A stretch of 64,000 nucleotides of DNA from Candidatus Acidiferrum sp. (GCA_035310365.1 DATGEI010000019.1:27784-91783), one strand, 5' to 3'; positions 29,912 to 40,781 are shown, counted from the stretch's first letter. Notes: generated by a model from the sequence alone, not told the origin. Program-made: numbers and translations.

Positions 29912-32900
29912 ATGTCACGCAGACAGTACGTGTGCGCTTGGATAGTGCTTGTCATTCTGGTGTCGAGCCTCGCCTCGGCGGCAGTGGCGCAAGTCAATAC
30001 GGCAACTCTGTCGGGAAAAGTGTCGGATCCTCAAGGCTTGCCCGTTAAAGCCGCAACCATCACGGTCACCAATGAAGACAATGGCGCTCAGCGGATCTCC
30101 GTGACGGATGATGGTGGTCGCTTCAATCTCGTTGGACTTCCGCCGGGGCAGTACAAAATGACCGTCGATGGCGGCGTCGGCTTCGCCGTTTATAACAACG
30201 ACGCGATTATTCTTACCGTGGGCGAGGCAGCCACTCTAGATCCGCAGTTGCAGTTGCGCGGCCAGCAGCAGAGCGTCACCGTGAGTTCGGAACCCGTGCT
30301 CGTGGAGACACAGAAAACGGACGTCTCCTCGACCATCGACTCGCTTAAAATCACCAATCTCCCGATTAATGGCCGCAACTACATCAACTTTACTCTCTTG
30401 AATTCGCAAGCGGCCCGCGATGAAACGCCTTCGATCGGCGCCGCGCCAACGAGCGGCCTGAATTTCGGCGGGCAGAGGGCGCGCTCGAATGAGGTAAGCG
30501 TTGACGGTGCCGATGCAGTGGATAATTCCGTGAATGGCGTGCGTGCAACGGTTTCTCAGGAGGCCGTTCAAGAATTTCAAGTCATCACCAGCAATTACAT
30601 GCCGGAATTCGGCCGTGCCAGCGGCGGCGTAGTCAATATCGTTACCAAATCCGGAGGGAACGACCTTCACGGGAATCTCTTCGGCTTTTTGCGGGATAGT
30701 GCGATCCAGGCGCGAAATCCGTTCTCCGTCACGGTTCTCCCGAATTCCCAGACGGGTTTCCAGGCGGTACCGGTGAAACCGCCGTACACGCGCGTGCAAG
30801 CCGGCGCCACACTGGGCGGTCCCATCCAGAAAGACAAAACCTTTTTCTTCTTCGCCTACGAAATCACCAAACGGCAGGAGACCGGGTTTTCGAGCATCGG
30901 CGCGGATAACTTTGGCCTCGTGAATACCGCTTTCCCGCTTCCCGCAAATTTTCTGCCTCCCGGTGTGCCCGCTTCGGGACTATTGACGCCGGCCCAGGCT
31001 GCTTTCGTAAACGATGGGACTCAATCGCCGTCGGACAGGATCACTCTCTATAGTTTGGGGGTCAGCAGTTCGGCGGTGGCACTGTTCGGCAACACGCCAC
31101 TTCTGCCCGGTGCCGCTTTCCCAACTAGCGGCGCGCCTTTGCCGGCTTCCTATGTTGGGCTCGCTTCCACTATCGGCAACTTCCCCGTCTCCGAGGGCAC
31201 AAGTTTGTACTCTCTGAAGCTCGACCATATCTGGAATCAAAAAAACAGTTCCTTCGTTCGCGTCAACGTTTCCCCCTCCACGCTCTCCGGCATTCAAGTA
31301 AACGCGGAGAATCAAAATTTTGGGCAGAACGCGGGGTCGCGCACCTCGGTCCAGCAAACTCGCGATCTATCCATCGTCGGGCAACACACGACGACAATTG
31401 GTAAGTCGCTTTTTAATGAGTTCCGCTTTCAGTTTGCTCGCCGCGGTTTGCACTATGGTTTTTCCAATTTGCCGGGAGGCCAGAACCCGGCCGTGAACAT
31501 CACCGGTTTTGCCTTTATCGGCCGCGAGCCTTTTTCAACGGAAGACCGCATCGAAAAACGCTTTCAGTGGACCGATAACCTTACTTGGACGAAGGGTTCG
31601 CACACTTTCAAATTCGGGGGCGACACAAATTTGATTAAATTGGGGTCGGCCGCGTCGCAAATCTTCACGCTCAATTATGGCGGCGTTTACTCGTTCGGCA
31701 GCGTCGGCACCGGCCCGTTCGGAATCACTTCTCCCGCCGCTCCCGCTCTTTCCGCGGTTCAGGCTTACGGGGCCGGTCTCCCACAATCCTTCATTCAAGG
31801 CATCGGCCAGTCTAAACGTCCGTTTGACAACAAGACGTTGGGCGTCTTCGCGCAGGATAGCTGGAAGATCAATTCGCGGCTCACCCTGAATTATGGCGCG
31901 CGCTACGATATCGAATTTCTTCCACAGTTCACTCCCGGTACAGCTTTAAATGTCAGCGGCGAGAAGGCGTTCAATGTCGTCGAAGGCATTCCCACAGACT
32001 CCAACAACATTGCCCCTCGCATCGGACTTGCCTGGGACCCATGGGGCAACGGCAAGACGGTGATTCGTGCAGGGTACGGTTTTTTTTACGACCATCCCGC
32101 GCTCGCATTGGCTTTTCTTTCCACCGCCGAAGATGGAGCGCTATCGTCTCTCCTCGAGGTCGGCGGCGGCGCTCCGTCTCCGGCGAACCCCAACGCTGCG
32201 TCCATCTTCCAGGGAATCTTGGGCGCTCCGTTCACAAGTTGCGATCCTTCGGTTCCTTCCGCCTGCTATCTCCCCAATCAACAACGATTCAACGCGTTTC
32301 AACCCAATTCGATTTTCACCAATCAGAACTTCATCAAAGCTGGGTTCCCTCTCACTCTCTTGCCCTTTACGATTCCAGTCGAAAAACACTTCCAATATGC
32401 CCTGTCGCAGCAGTCCAATTTTTCCATTGAACGCCAGCTCACACAGAGTTGGAAGATCAGCCTCGGATACAACTACACTCACGGAACGCATTTAGATCGC
32501 ACCGTTAATATCAACACCTCAAATCCAGCGTTGCTTGTCAGCAACGATAATATAGCCGTCGCAAGTGGTCTGGTTTCACCCGGAACGAACCCGTTTAGCG
32601 TCGCCGTCCCGCAGGCAGGCGGATCTCTTTCGGGCTGTCCCGCCGGCTCTCTCGCGGCAAACACTTCTGGCGGCGGAAGTATTCTGATTTTTCAAGCCGG
32701 AACTCCTTTCGTGCCGGGAATTCTCGGAGAGGGTTTTGCAGCCCCGAATTGCGGGGGAGCGCCGGTCGGCTTGATCGGGACACCGGCGGTCTTCAATTTC
32801 TTCCGTCCTTCCGGTCCCAATCCATCTTTCGCCAGTCTCGTTCCCGGCGGATACGCTACTTTGCTTCAGCTTGCCGGCGCCGCCGGATTTCCCACCGGCT

Positions 32901-33727
32901 TTGCCGGCGTGCAAATTCCTTGGAGCGACGTGAACCCTCAAGCCTCCAACGGCAACAGCGTCTACCATGCCTTTACGCTAAGCATGACCAAGCGCTTTTC
33001 TCAAAACTTCGAGTTCCTTTCCGGCTGGACCTATTCTCACACCATCGACGACTCCACTGACCTCTCCACCCTGCTCAATCCGCAGGACAACAACTTTCCC
33101 AATCTGGAGCGCGCCAATTCCAATTTCGACCAGCGTCACCGCTGGATCACCAGCGCGGTTTTCCTCAGCCCCTATCACCAGAATGACGGAGGTGGCTTCC
33201 TGAAGAAGCTGATTGCCGACTTCACCGTCGCTCCAGTCGTTGAAGTAGCCTCGGGCCGGCCGTACAACGTCTTGCTGGGCTTCGATACCAACCTCGATTT
33301 TGGAACCGCGACAAATCGGCCTTCGGTTCTGAAGGCAGGCACGCCTTTTCCAGGAGCAGTCACTTCGCCTTTCATCAACGGAGTCGAATTCATCGTTCCA
33401 ACCCGTTGCGTCGACGCCACGGGAACATCCTTTGGCACGTTCCCCTTGGTCCCCACTCCGCCGACGGGTTGCACCGGAACGCTCGGGCGAAATGCCTTCA
33501 CTCGACCGGGCTTCTTCCAGATCGATCTGCGCTTATCGCGCAAGTTTGCGATTACCGAGCGTTTGAAGCTCGAGGTTATCGCCGACGGCTTCAACATGTT
33601 GAATCGCTTCAATGTGGGCGACGTCAGCCCGCTCTGCGATCCCACTTCCGGCACTTGCACCGCCGGACAGCCGACGGCGGCCCTCGATCCCCGTACTTTC
33701 CAGTTCGCGCTGAAGCTCCTCTTTTAG
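29912..33727 (+). CDS. Oar-type TonB-dependent receptor with carboxypeptidase regulatory-like N-domain
   Basis: LSGKVSDPQG, NLPINGRN, AVQEFQV..GGVVNIVTKSG, FAQDSWKI and NIAPRIGLAW motifs; terminal PRTFQFALKLLF. Confidence 0.95.
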   Translation: MSRRQYVCAWIVLVILVSSLASAAVAQVNTATLSGKVSDPQGLPVKAATITVTNEDNGAQRISVTDDGGRFNLVGLPPGQYKMTVDGGVGFAVYNNDAIILTVGEAATLDPQLQLRGQQQSVTVSSEPVLVETQKTDVSSTIDSLKITNLPINGRNYINFTLLNSQAARDETPSIGAAPTSGLNFGGQRARSNEVSVDGADAVDNSVNGVRATVSQEAVQEFQVITSNYMPEFGRASGGVVNIVTKSGGNDLHGNLFGFLRDSAIQARNPFSVTVLPNSQTGFQAVPVKPPYTRVQAGATLGGPIQKDKTFFFFAYEITKRQETGFSSIGADNFGLVNTAFPLPANFLPPGVPASGLLTPAQAAFVNDGTQSPSDRITLYSLGVSSSAVALFGNTPLLPGAAFPTSGAPLPASYVGLASTIGNFPVSEGTSLYSLKLDHIWNQKNSSFVRVNVSPSTLSGIQVNAENQNFGQNAGSRTSVQQTRDLSIVGQHTTTIGKSLFNEFRFQFARRGLHYGFSNLPGGQNPAVNITGFAFIGREPFSTEDRIEKRFQWTDNLTWTKGSHTFKFGGDTNLIKLGSAASQIFTLNYGGVYSFGSVGTGPFGITSPAAPALSAVQAYGAGLPQSFIQGIGQSKRPFDNKTLGVFAQDSWKINSRLTLNYGARYDIEFLPQFTPGTALNVSGEKAFNVVEGIPTDSNNIAPRIGLAWDPWGNGKTVIRAGYGFFYDHPALALAFLSTAEDGALSSLLEVGGGAPSPANPNAASIFQGILGAPFTSCDPSVPSACYLPNQQRFNAFQPNSIFTNQNFIKAGFPLTLLPFTIPVEKHFQYALSQQSNFSIERQLTQSWKISLGYNYTHGTHLDRTVNINTSNPALLVSNDNIAVASGLVSPGTNPFSVAVPQAGGSLSGCPAGSLAANTSGGGSILIFQAGTPFVPGILGEGFAAPNCGGAPVGLIGTPAVFNFFRPSGPNPSFASLVPGGYATLLQLAGAAGFPTGFAGVQIPWSDVNPQASNGNSVYHAFTLSMTKRFSQNFEFLSGWTYSHTIDDSTDLSTLLNPQDNNFPNLERANSNFDQRHRWITSAVFLSPYHQNDGGGFLKKLIADFTVAPVVEVASGRPYNVLLGFDTNLDFGTATNRPSVLKAGTPFPGAVTSPFINGVEFIVPTRCVDATGTSFGTFPLVPTPPTGCTGTLGRNAFTRPGFFQIDLRLSRKFAITERLKLEVIADGFNMLNRFNVGDVSPLCDPTSGTCTAGQPTAALDPRTFQFALKLLF

Positions 33728-33751
33728 CGCGCATTTACGCTTGCCGCTTCC

Positions 33752-33785
33752 GGGCTCACGCTCATCGCCGTGAGCCCTTTTTTTT
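33752..33785 (+). terminator. Rho-independent terminator
   Basis: GGGCTCACG/CGTGAGCCC stem followed by T8. Confidence 0.9.
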
Positions 33786-33861
33786 GCCTGCTCGTGTTTT
33801 CAGAATCGCCGCATACGAGTAGAGTAGAGAAACATTTTCGTGGATTTGGCTTGGAGACCTC

Positions 33862-34986
33862 ATGACTGGAGTTCTCATTGCAGGCTTGGTTGTCGTCGTA
33901 GCCCTGGTATTGTGGCTCGCACGGCAAAGTTCTGAAGCTCAGCGCAAGACGCAGGCCGTTGAAACGCAGATGAACGAACTGCGCCGCGATTTGCAAACCA
34001 TGGCCACCGCGCAGGCGCAAAGCGCGGGGCAGATCGCCACGATCGGACAGTCCGTTACCCAGCGCCTTGACAGCGTCACCAAGACGCTGCAGGACGGCGT
34101 CAGCCAATCCGCACAGATCTCCGCCCAATCGCAAGCGGCAATGGCTACCGAACTCAAGAATTCTCAGCAAACGCTGGGCGAAATCCAGAAGCAATTGGGT
34201 GCGGTTCAACTTGCGGGGAGCCAGATGTCGCAAACCGCCCAAACCTTGCAAAACATTCTGGGCGGCGCCAAAACCCGCGGCTCTCTCGGAGAGGTGGCAC
34301 TCGAGCGGTTGCTCGAAGACTGCCTCCCCAAAGACCGTTACGCGCGCCAACACCGTTTCCGCAGCGGGGAAATTGCCGACGCCGTAATTTTTCTCCGCGA
34401 CAAGCTCCTTCCGATCGATTCGAAGTTTCCTCTCGATGCGTACCGCCGCATCGCCGAAGAAGGCGACGAAGCGCGTCGCGCGTTTGCAACGGCCGTCAAA
34501 AGTCACGCCGACGCCATTTCGAAAAAATATGTCCTGCCCGACGAAGCGACGCTGCCGGTTGCCCTCATGTTTGTGCCAAGCGAAAGCGTTTACTACGAAC
34601 TTTTGATGACGGCGGACGCCAAGTCCACGCCGCTCGATGAATATTGCCGCAGCAAAAGCGTCGTCGCCGTTTCGCCGAACACGCTTTATGCCAACCTGCA
34701 AGTCATTCTGATGGGCTTGCAAGGAATGCAAATCGAGGAAAACGCGAAGCACCTTCGCGCAAATCTCGCGGGTCTGCAGTCAAATCTTCAAAAATTCTCC
34801 GACCCGTTTGAAAAACTGGGCACCCACTTGAAGAACGCAGCCCAAAGTTACGCGGAGGCGGATAAACGGTTCGAGAAGGCGGAATCGTCGGTGGAGTCGA
34901 TGCTGGCGGGAGATTCCGTCCCGCAAATCGCAACTGAACCGCAAGACTCTCTGATTTTGCCGGCGGCAAACAAAAAATCCGCTTAA
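33862..34986 (+). CDS. rmuC: DNA recombination protein RmuC
   Basis: N-terminal TM and coiled coil; KTRGSLGE, IDSKFP and MFVPSES motifs. Confidence 0.92.
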   Translation: MTGVLIAGLVVVVALVLWLARQSSEAQRKTQAVETQMNELRRDLQTMATAQAQSAGQIATIGQSVTQRLDSVTKTLQDGVSQSAQISAQSQAAMATELKNSQQTLGEIQKQLGAVQLAGSQMSQTAQTLQNILGGAKTRGSLGEVALERLLEDCLPKDRYARQHRFRSGEIADAVIFLRDKLLPIDSKFPLDAYRRIAEEGDEARRAFATAVKSHADAISKKYVLPDEATLPVALMFVPSESVYYELLMTADAKSTPLDEYCRSKSVVAVSPNTLYANLQVILMGLQGMQIEENAKHLRANLAGLQSNLQKFSDPFEKLGTHLKNAAQSYAEADKRFEKAESSVESMLAGDSVPQIATEPQDSLILPAANKKSA

Positions 34987-35837
34987 CGAGCGGGCTTCCC
35001 CATCACCGGCACCAGTCGGATCGAAATCAAAAATCTTCCGCGCTTCTTGCCGGTCACTTCAAACTCGGCGGCATTTTCCGATTGGCCGGAACTAAAAGCT
35101 TTTACCGGATTTCCGCCGGCAAGATCCGCGATTTCCGGTGCCAGATTCCGCGCCTCCAGTTGCAGCTTTTCCTGTGTCCCCTCGACTTTCACGCGCAACG
35201 TTCGTTTCTGCCCTGGCTGTAGCGGCGAAGTATCCGCCTCCAGCTTCAGCACGACGAACATAATTTTAAATTGCGCCGGCGCTTGCTTTCCGCACGCCAC
35301 CGAAACTTCCGCGAGCCCCGTCGGAGGATCGAGCGGAGGCAAGACAACCAGCGAATCAGGCGACGACGCCAGCACCAACGCCGATTGCCCCCCGATTGTC
35401 ACTTCATTCTTGTCCGCATCGCCGCAAAATCCATTCCCCGTCATTTCAAAGCGATCCAGTGCCGAAGCGATTCGCGGCGCCTGCTCAACTCTCAGTCCAT
35501 TGCTCGCTTCCCGCGCCGGCAAAACCGCAGTCGCCACTCGGCCCGGCCGCCCTTCGATCGATGCAAACAGCGGCCCCGCGGTCAGTGGCGCGACAAACAG
35601 CGCCCGGCCAGTTTCGTCCGTCGTAACTTTGTCGCCATTCGAAAAGTGGATTGTCACGCCCGGCGTCAGCCGTCCATTCACGTCGAGCACCGCCAGCGTC
35701 GCGCGCTCGCCGCTCACCATCCGTCGCGGCACAAGCAGTATCCTGGCGTTGGACGCCGCTGGCGCCTGCTGCGCTTTCGCCACCACGCAAAACGCCAGCA
35801 GAAAAACGCACGCCGCGCCGCAAACACGATCGCGCAT
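34983..35837 (-). CDS. Secreted hypothetical protein with Ig/IPT-like beta domains
   Basis: Signal peptide after M at 35837; GNGF..NEVTIGG..VLASSPDSLVV resembles IPT/TIG. Confidence 0.6.
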   Translation of the reverse strand: MRDRVCGAACVFLLAFCVVAKAQQAPAASNARILLVPRRMVSGERATLAVLDVNGRLTPGVTIHFSNGDKVTTDETGRALFVAPLTAGPLFASIEGRPGRVATAVLPAREASNGLRVEQAPRIASALDRFEMTGNGFCGDADKNEVTIGGQSALVLASSPDSLVVLPPLDPPTGLAEVSVACGKQAPAQFKIMFVVLKLEADTSPLQPGQKRTLRVKVEGTQEKLQLEARNLAPEIADLAGGNPVKAFSSGQSENAAEFEVTGKKRGRFLISIRLVPVMGKPAR

Positions 35838-35848
35838 CCGCCGTATCT

Positions 35849-36189
35849 TCAGGATTTCACCGCCACGCCATATCCTTGCGCTTCCACGAACAGCCGAAAA
35901 GATTCGCAATCCACTTCCATCTCGCGCCGTTCTTCCGTCGCAAGGTTGCCTCGCCAAATCGAAAGCACTTGGACTTCCCCCTCCATCAAATACCGCCGCT
36001 GCAATTTGCGTGGATCCCCATAAGTCTTCCGCGCCATCGCGCCCATCACCATAAACTCGCTCGAAGCCACGATCGCGGGCTCATTCGCTTTCGCGTTAAA
36101 TTCGATTCCTCGTTCCAGCTCCGCGAGGAGTGTCGCAGCCTCTTCTCGAACCCGACCATAACCGCCGATTTTTGCGTTTTTCCGCTCAT
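35849..36189 (-). pseudogene. Hypothetical protein, possibly frameshifted in an A5 run near its start
   Basis: Frame open from about 36200 to 35849 but first start codon only at 36070; one extra A after ATG(36189)AGCGG would give MSGKNAKIGGYGRVREEAATLLAEL... Confidence 0.35.
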
Positions 36190-36400
36190 TCTCACGAAAA
36201 CCACTTCACTTTTCCTTCGATGCCGGTTGGGGCAACTCCCGCCGGGCCAACAGTATAGCCAATCCTCCACGTTGTGTAGTCAATCCGTGAGTAATCAGTA
36301 GGGCGCACCGCCTTTCGCACCCCATACTGGTTTGATAGCGTTAAACAAGCGTTGCCCGGTTTGTCTGTGTGTGTCCGGGCGCTCAAGACGGGGAGTCTTT

Positions 36401-37240
36401 GTGCGTATTGTAAGCGGCGGAGCGACCGACGTGGGGCAACTCCGGTCGAACAACGAAGACTGTTTTCGGCTCGTGCAGTCGCTGAACCTTTTCGTCCTTT
36501 CCGACGGAATGGGCGGCGAAGCGCACGGCGAAATTGCCAGCGCCCTTGCGGTGGAAACCGTCGTGAAACACTGCATGGACGCGGAGTCGAATTCCGCGGC
36601 GCCCACTTTCGGCATTTCTCCGCCCAATCTGAGCGCTTTCACCAAACGCCTCGTCAGCGCCGTTCACCTCGCCAACAAAAATATTTTCAATTCAGCGGAA
36701 GCGCACCCCGAGCAAAGCGGCATGGGCGCCACGCTCTCCGCGCTCTGGATTCACGGCAACGCACTCAGCATCGCACACGTCGGCGACAGCCGCGCCTATC
36801 TTCTTCGCACCGGTATGCTGCAGCAGCTCACGAGCGATCATTCCCTCGTCGCGGAACAGGTTCGCCGCGGCATCATCACCCCCAGCGAAGCGGAACAAAG
36901 CGAAATGCAAAGTGTCCTGCTCCGCGCGCTCGGCACGCAGCCAGAAGTGGAAGTCGATGCCGAAGAGCAAGCGCTCTTCTCGAACGATGTGCTCCTTCTT
37001 TGCTCCGATGGCTTGACGCGCATGGTCACCGACCCGGAAATCGCCGGCACGCTGCAAGCCGAAACCGATCCGCAAAAGGCCTCGCAACGCCTGATCGCCC
37101 TGGCGAACGAAAACGGCGGCGCCGACAACATTTCCGTCATCGTGATTCGTCTCGAGAGCGAATCAAAAGGTTGGCTTTCTTGGCTGCGCCCCGGGGGGCG
37201 CAAACACGCGGGCTCCAACGGCTCCGCGGGAGGAAACTGA
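36401..37240 (+). CDS. PP2C-type Ser/Thr phosphatase (Stp1/PrpC-like)
   Basis: TDVG..RSNNED, SDGMGG, GMGAT, HVGDSRAY, LCSDGL and GGADNISV motifs; GTG start after GGGAG. Confidence 0.95.
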   Translation: MRIVSGGATDVGQLRSNNEDCFRLVQSLNLFVLSDGMGGEAHGEIASALAVETVVKHCMDAESNSAAPTFGISPPNLSAFTKRLVSAVHLANKNIFNSAEAHPEQSGMGATLSALWIHGNALSIAHVGDSRAYLLRTGMLQQLTSDHSLVAEQVRRGIITPSEAEQSEMQSVLLRALGTQPEVEVDAEEQALFSNDVLLLCSDGLTRMVTDPEIAGTLQAETDPQKASQRLIALANENGGADNISVIVIRLESESKGWLSWLRPGGRKHAGSNGSAGGN

Positions 37241-37241
37241 A

Positions 37242-37967
37242 ATGCCCAAACTCAGCCTCATGTTCGAAGGTAAAACCGTAAGAGAGGTGCCCATCGGCAG
37301 CCGGCCGATCTCGATTGGCCGCTCGCCCGACAACGATATTCCCGTGGACAATCTTGCCGTCTCCAATCACCACGCTCGTGTCTTTTATGAAGGTGCGCGC
37401 CTCGTTGTCGAAGATCTGGACAGCCTCAACGGCACCTTCGTCAACGATCTGCGCATCGAGCGCGCCACGCTGCACAACGGCGATTCGATCCACGTCGGCA
37501 AACATTCCATCAAGGTCGATGCCAGCCACGATGCGCCGATGCCGTACGACATGGGCCGCAAAGCCGCCGCTCCTTCGATTAACGAAACGATGGTGCTCGA
37601 TACCAAAGCGCGCCGCGATATGCTGCAGCAAGCCGCCGCGATGGGCGAGCGCACGCAATTCGCCTCGGGCCGCCTCAAGGTTCCCACCGTCGTCGTCTTG
37701 AGCGGAAAAACCGCCAGCAACGAATACGTCCTGACCAACAAGCTCACGACCATCGGCAAATCTTCCATGGCCACCGTGCGCTTCACCGGATGGTTCAAAC
37801 CGCAAATGGCCGCGCAAATCAGCCAGCGCGACGACGGCTACTACATCGGCCCGGGCGACAAGACGCCGACCGTCAACGGCACTCCCATTCCCGGCCCCAC
37901 GCGCCTCAACGACGGCGACATCATCGAAGTTTGCGGCGTGCGCATGAATTTTATTTTCAGGGAATAG
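37242..37967 (+). CDS. Double FHA domain protein
   Basis: First FHA: IGR..ND..VSNHHA..DLDSLNGTFVN; second FHA-like domain IGK..VNG..LNDGDII is degenerate. Confidence 0.9.
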   Translation: MPKLSLMFEGKTVREVPIGSRPISIGRSPDNDIPVDNLAVSNHHARVFYEGARLVVEDLDSLNGTFVNDLRIERATLHNGDSIHVGKHSIKVDASHDAPMPYDMGRKAAAPSINETMVLDTKARRDMLQQAAAMGERTQFASGRLKVPTVVVLSGKTASNEYVLTNKLTTIGKSSMATVRFTGWFKPQMAAQISQRDDGYYIGPGDKTPTVNGTPIPGPTRLNDGDIIEVCGVRMNFIFRE

Positions 37968-38092
37968 TATTCGTAATCTTTACCCGAAATATTCTGCCTT
38001 TGGTTTTCGCGCACTCTTTTTCGTTTCTGGATTTATCGAACCAGGGTTTCCTTTTCTGATTTTCGTTTTCTTTGCCAGGACTGCCGCCGCCC

Positions 38093-40501
38093 ATGCCCGA
38101 TTCGTCGCCCAACTGGAGAAAGGGTCGAATCGGCTACGGCATCTACGAACTTCTCCTCTCCTGGTGGCGCCACCGCGTCTCCTTCCTCATCAGCCTTGGC
38201 ATTACGTTTGCGTCTCTAGCGCTGTATTACTTCACTTTTTTCGGCGAACACGCCACTCCCATTTTCGATTTCCTTCGTCGCATTGAGTACAACGCGCTCG
38301 ATACCCGGTTTCGCTATCGCCCGCCCAGCGTCACGCCAATCGATCCTCGAATCGTAATCGTGGACATCGACCAGAAATCGCAAGAAGTTCTCGGCAAGTG
38401 GCCCTTTTCGCGTTCCCATTTTGCCGAAATGCTCGACGTTCTAAAAGACGACGGCGCACTTGTCGTTGCATTTGACGTAACTTTCGACAAGCCCGACCGG
38501 ACTGGCGATCCGATTCGCGCACTCTGGGCGAATCTCGAAGCAAAAAAGAAAGCAGGGCGGCCAGTCGACACCAGGCTGGAGTCCGAAGTGCGCCGGCTCG
38601 CCGACGAGTTCGATGCCGACGCTCGCTTCTCTCGATCGATCGACCGATTCGGCGCCGTCGTGCTTGGGAATTTCTATCTTCCAAAAGACGAATCAAATGG
38701 CATCGACCCGGCGATTCTTGATCGGTACAACGAACTCATCGAATGGTACGCAATCGGACGCCGCGATTTACAGCCCGATTTGGGTAAGCAGGACTTCGCG
38801 AACTTGGTGGGCAGTTACGGCCTGGAGCGCCTGATCTATTCGGCAAACGTCGCGAATATTCCGGCAATCGCCAATCCCGACCGCGTTGAGCGCACCACAA
38901 TGGGATTCTTCAACGCGCCGAGCGACGGAGACGGAATTGTGCGGCGTGGTCAGCTGGTCCTGCCTTTTGGCCGATCCGAAAACGTCTTTGACTGGCAAAT
39001 GTATGGCTCACTTGAAGTCCAGGCCGTACGTCTGCTTCTCGCGGTTCCTTCCGACAAAGTCACCGCGACTTACAATTCGACGGGCGCCTTCGGCATAAAC
39101 TGGGGCGACGCGCTTTCCGTCCGCACCGACTTTGTGGGGCGAGGCCAGATTAATTTTCACGGGCCGCAACGCACCTATCCTTACGTTTCGGTGGCCGATG
39201 TCGTACAACGAAAAACCCGGCCGGGCACATTCAAAAACAAATTGGTGCTTGTGGGCGCCTCGGCGATCGGCATCGGCGACCTGCGTGCAACTCCATACCG
39301 TGGCAACGACTATCCCGGAGTCGAAATCCACGCGAATGTGATCGACAACATCCTTCACAATAATTTCTTGGTCCGTGGTCCAAAACAGCAGATCCTCGAT
39401 GTCCTGTTGATCTTGGCTTTCGGAATTCCGATGGGGATCGCGCTGGCCCTCGTCTCGCCCCGATGGATGTGGTTTGGAATCGCCTTGCTGCCGCCACTCG
39501 TTGCAGCCGACTACTCCGCCTTCCTGCACGGTTGGTGGCTGAACTTCACGATTCCCGCCATGACGCTCACCGGAAACGTCGTCCTCGTCTCTCTCTACCG
39601 CGCCCTCATCGAAGAAAAAGAAAAGCGGCGTGTCCGCACGGCCTTCGGCCAGTATCTGAGCCCCGAAGTAATTCGACGGCTGCTTCTGAATCCCGAACTC
39701 GTCGAGCCGCGCAAAACCGAAATAAGCGTCATGTTCAGCGATATTCGCGGCTTCACAACGATTTCCGAAAAACTCGACGCGCAGGACCTCGCTCACTTTC
39801 TCAATTTTTATCTCTCGGATATGACGCGCATCGTCTTCGATCGCCACGGCACGCTCGACAAATATATCGGCGACGCCGTCATGGCTTTTTGGGGCGCGCC
39901 GTTCGAAGAGGCCGGCCACGCCGCGCGCGCGTGTGAATCCGCGCTCGACATGATGAAGCGCGTGCGCGAGTTACAGCGACAATGGGAAGCGGAAGGAAAG
40001 CCGCGCCTCGATATTGGCATCGGTCTCAACACCGGTGTCGCAAGCGTTGGCAATATGGGATCGACTTTGCGCTACGGATACACCGCCCTCGGCGACGCCG
40101 TCAATCTCTCCTCGCGCCTCGAAGGCCTCAACAAGGATTACGGCACGCACATCATCGTGAATGAAAGCACCTACAACGCGGTTAAGGAATCGGATTTTGT
40201 CTTCCGCGAACTGGACCTCATTCGCGTCAAAGGCAAATTCCAGCCGGTCACCATTTACGAATTGCTTGGCCGCAGTGCCGACGCCACTTCCGAAACCATT
40301 TCGTTGCTGGCAAAGTTCACCGCCGCGCGCGCGCTCTACCGGTCGCGTAAGTGGCAGGATGCCCAAAACGCCTTTCAATCCATCCTCGAATCCAATCCCA
40401 CCGATGGCCCTTCACGCACTTATTGGAAGCGCTGCCAGGAATATCTCTTCGACGAACCACCCCTCAATTGGGACGGCGTCTTCACCATGGACCACAAGTA
40501 A
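38093..40501 (+). CDS. CHASE2-domain adenylate cyclase (class III)
   Basis: IVIVDID..GKWPF, DGDGIVR and PGVEIHA CHASE2 motifs; three TM; FSDIRGFT, DKYIGDA and TALGDAVNLSSRLE (Lys/Thr suggests ATP specificity). Confidence 0.93.
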   Translation: MPDSSPNWRKGRIGYGIYELLLSWWRHRVSFLISLGITFASLALYYFTFFGEHATPIFDFLRRIEYNALDTRFRYRPPSVTPIDPRIVIVDIDQKSQEVLGKWPFSRSHFAEMLDVLKDDGALVVAFDVTFDKPDRTGDPIRALWANLEAKKKAGRPVDTRLESEVRRLADEFDADARFSRSIDRFGAVVLGNFYLPKDESNGIDPAILDRYNELIEWYAIGRRDLQPDLGKQDFANLVGSYGLERLIYSANVANIPAIANPDRVERTTMGFFNAPSDGDGIVRRGQLVLPFGRSENVFDWQMYGSLEVQAVRLLLAVPSDKVTATYNSTGAFGINWGDALSVRTDFVGRGQINFHGPQRTYPYVSVADVVQRKTRPGTFKNKLVLVGASAIGIGDLRATPYRGNDYPGVEIHANVIDNILHNNFLVRGPKQQILDVLLILAFGIPMGIALALVSPRWMWFGIALLPPLVAADYSAFLHGWWLNFTIPAMTLTGNVVLVSLYRALIEEKEKRRVRTAFGQYLSPEVIRRLLLNPELVEPRKTEISVMFSDIRGFTTISEKLDAQDLAHFLNFYLSDMTRIVFDRHGTLDKYIGDAVMAFWGAPFEEAGHAARACESALDMMKRVRELQRQWEAEGKPRLDIGIGLNTGVASVGNMGSTLRYGYTALGDAVNLSSRLEGLNKDYGTHIIVNESTYNAVKESDFVFRELDLIRVKGKFQPVTIYELLGRSADATSETISLLAKFTAARALYRSRKWQDAQNAFQSILESNPTDGPSRTYWKRCQEYLFDEPPLNWDGVFTMDHK

Positions 40502-40781
40502 TCGACCACAAGTAAACGTTAACTTTCCTTTTCCGCAATGCAGCCAATTTGGAATCTCGATTCGTGTTACCCCGCCTTCTTCCCGCGCATCCATTACAGA
40601 GTAGAAAATCGTTTTTCGCTTCTTGGTTCGTGCGATTGTAGTTGCTACGATATGTCGTCATAAGGCCGTTCGCGGCGTACCCGAAACTTCTTTTTCGGGA
40701 GTCTAACTTCTAGCAGGTCGCGGTTAGATTTTGGGTTTCCGATAAGCAGTGTAGGACCCGCCTAAGGAACTGCATCCGGTT

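Noticed and set aside
36192-36230. GKVKWF cold-shock-like motif on the minus strand
   Set aside because: Followed almost at once by a stop, and no RNP2 (VFVH) motif in nearby frames
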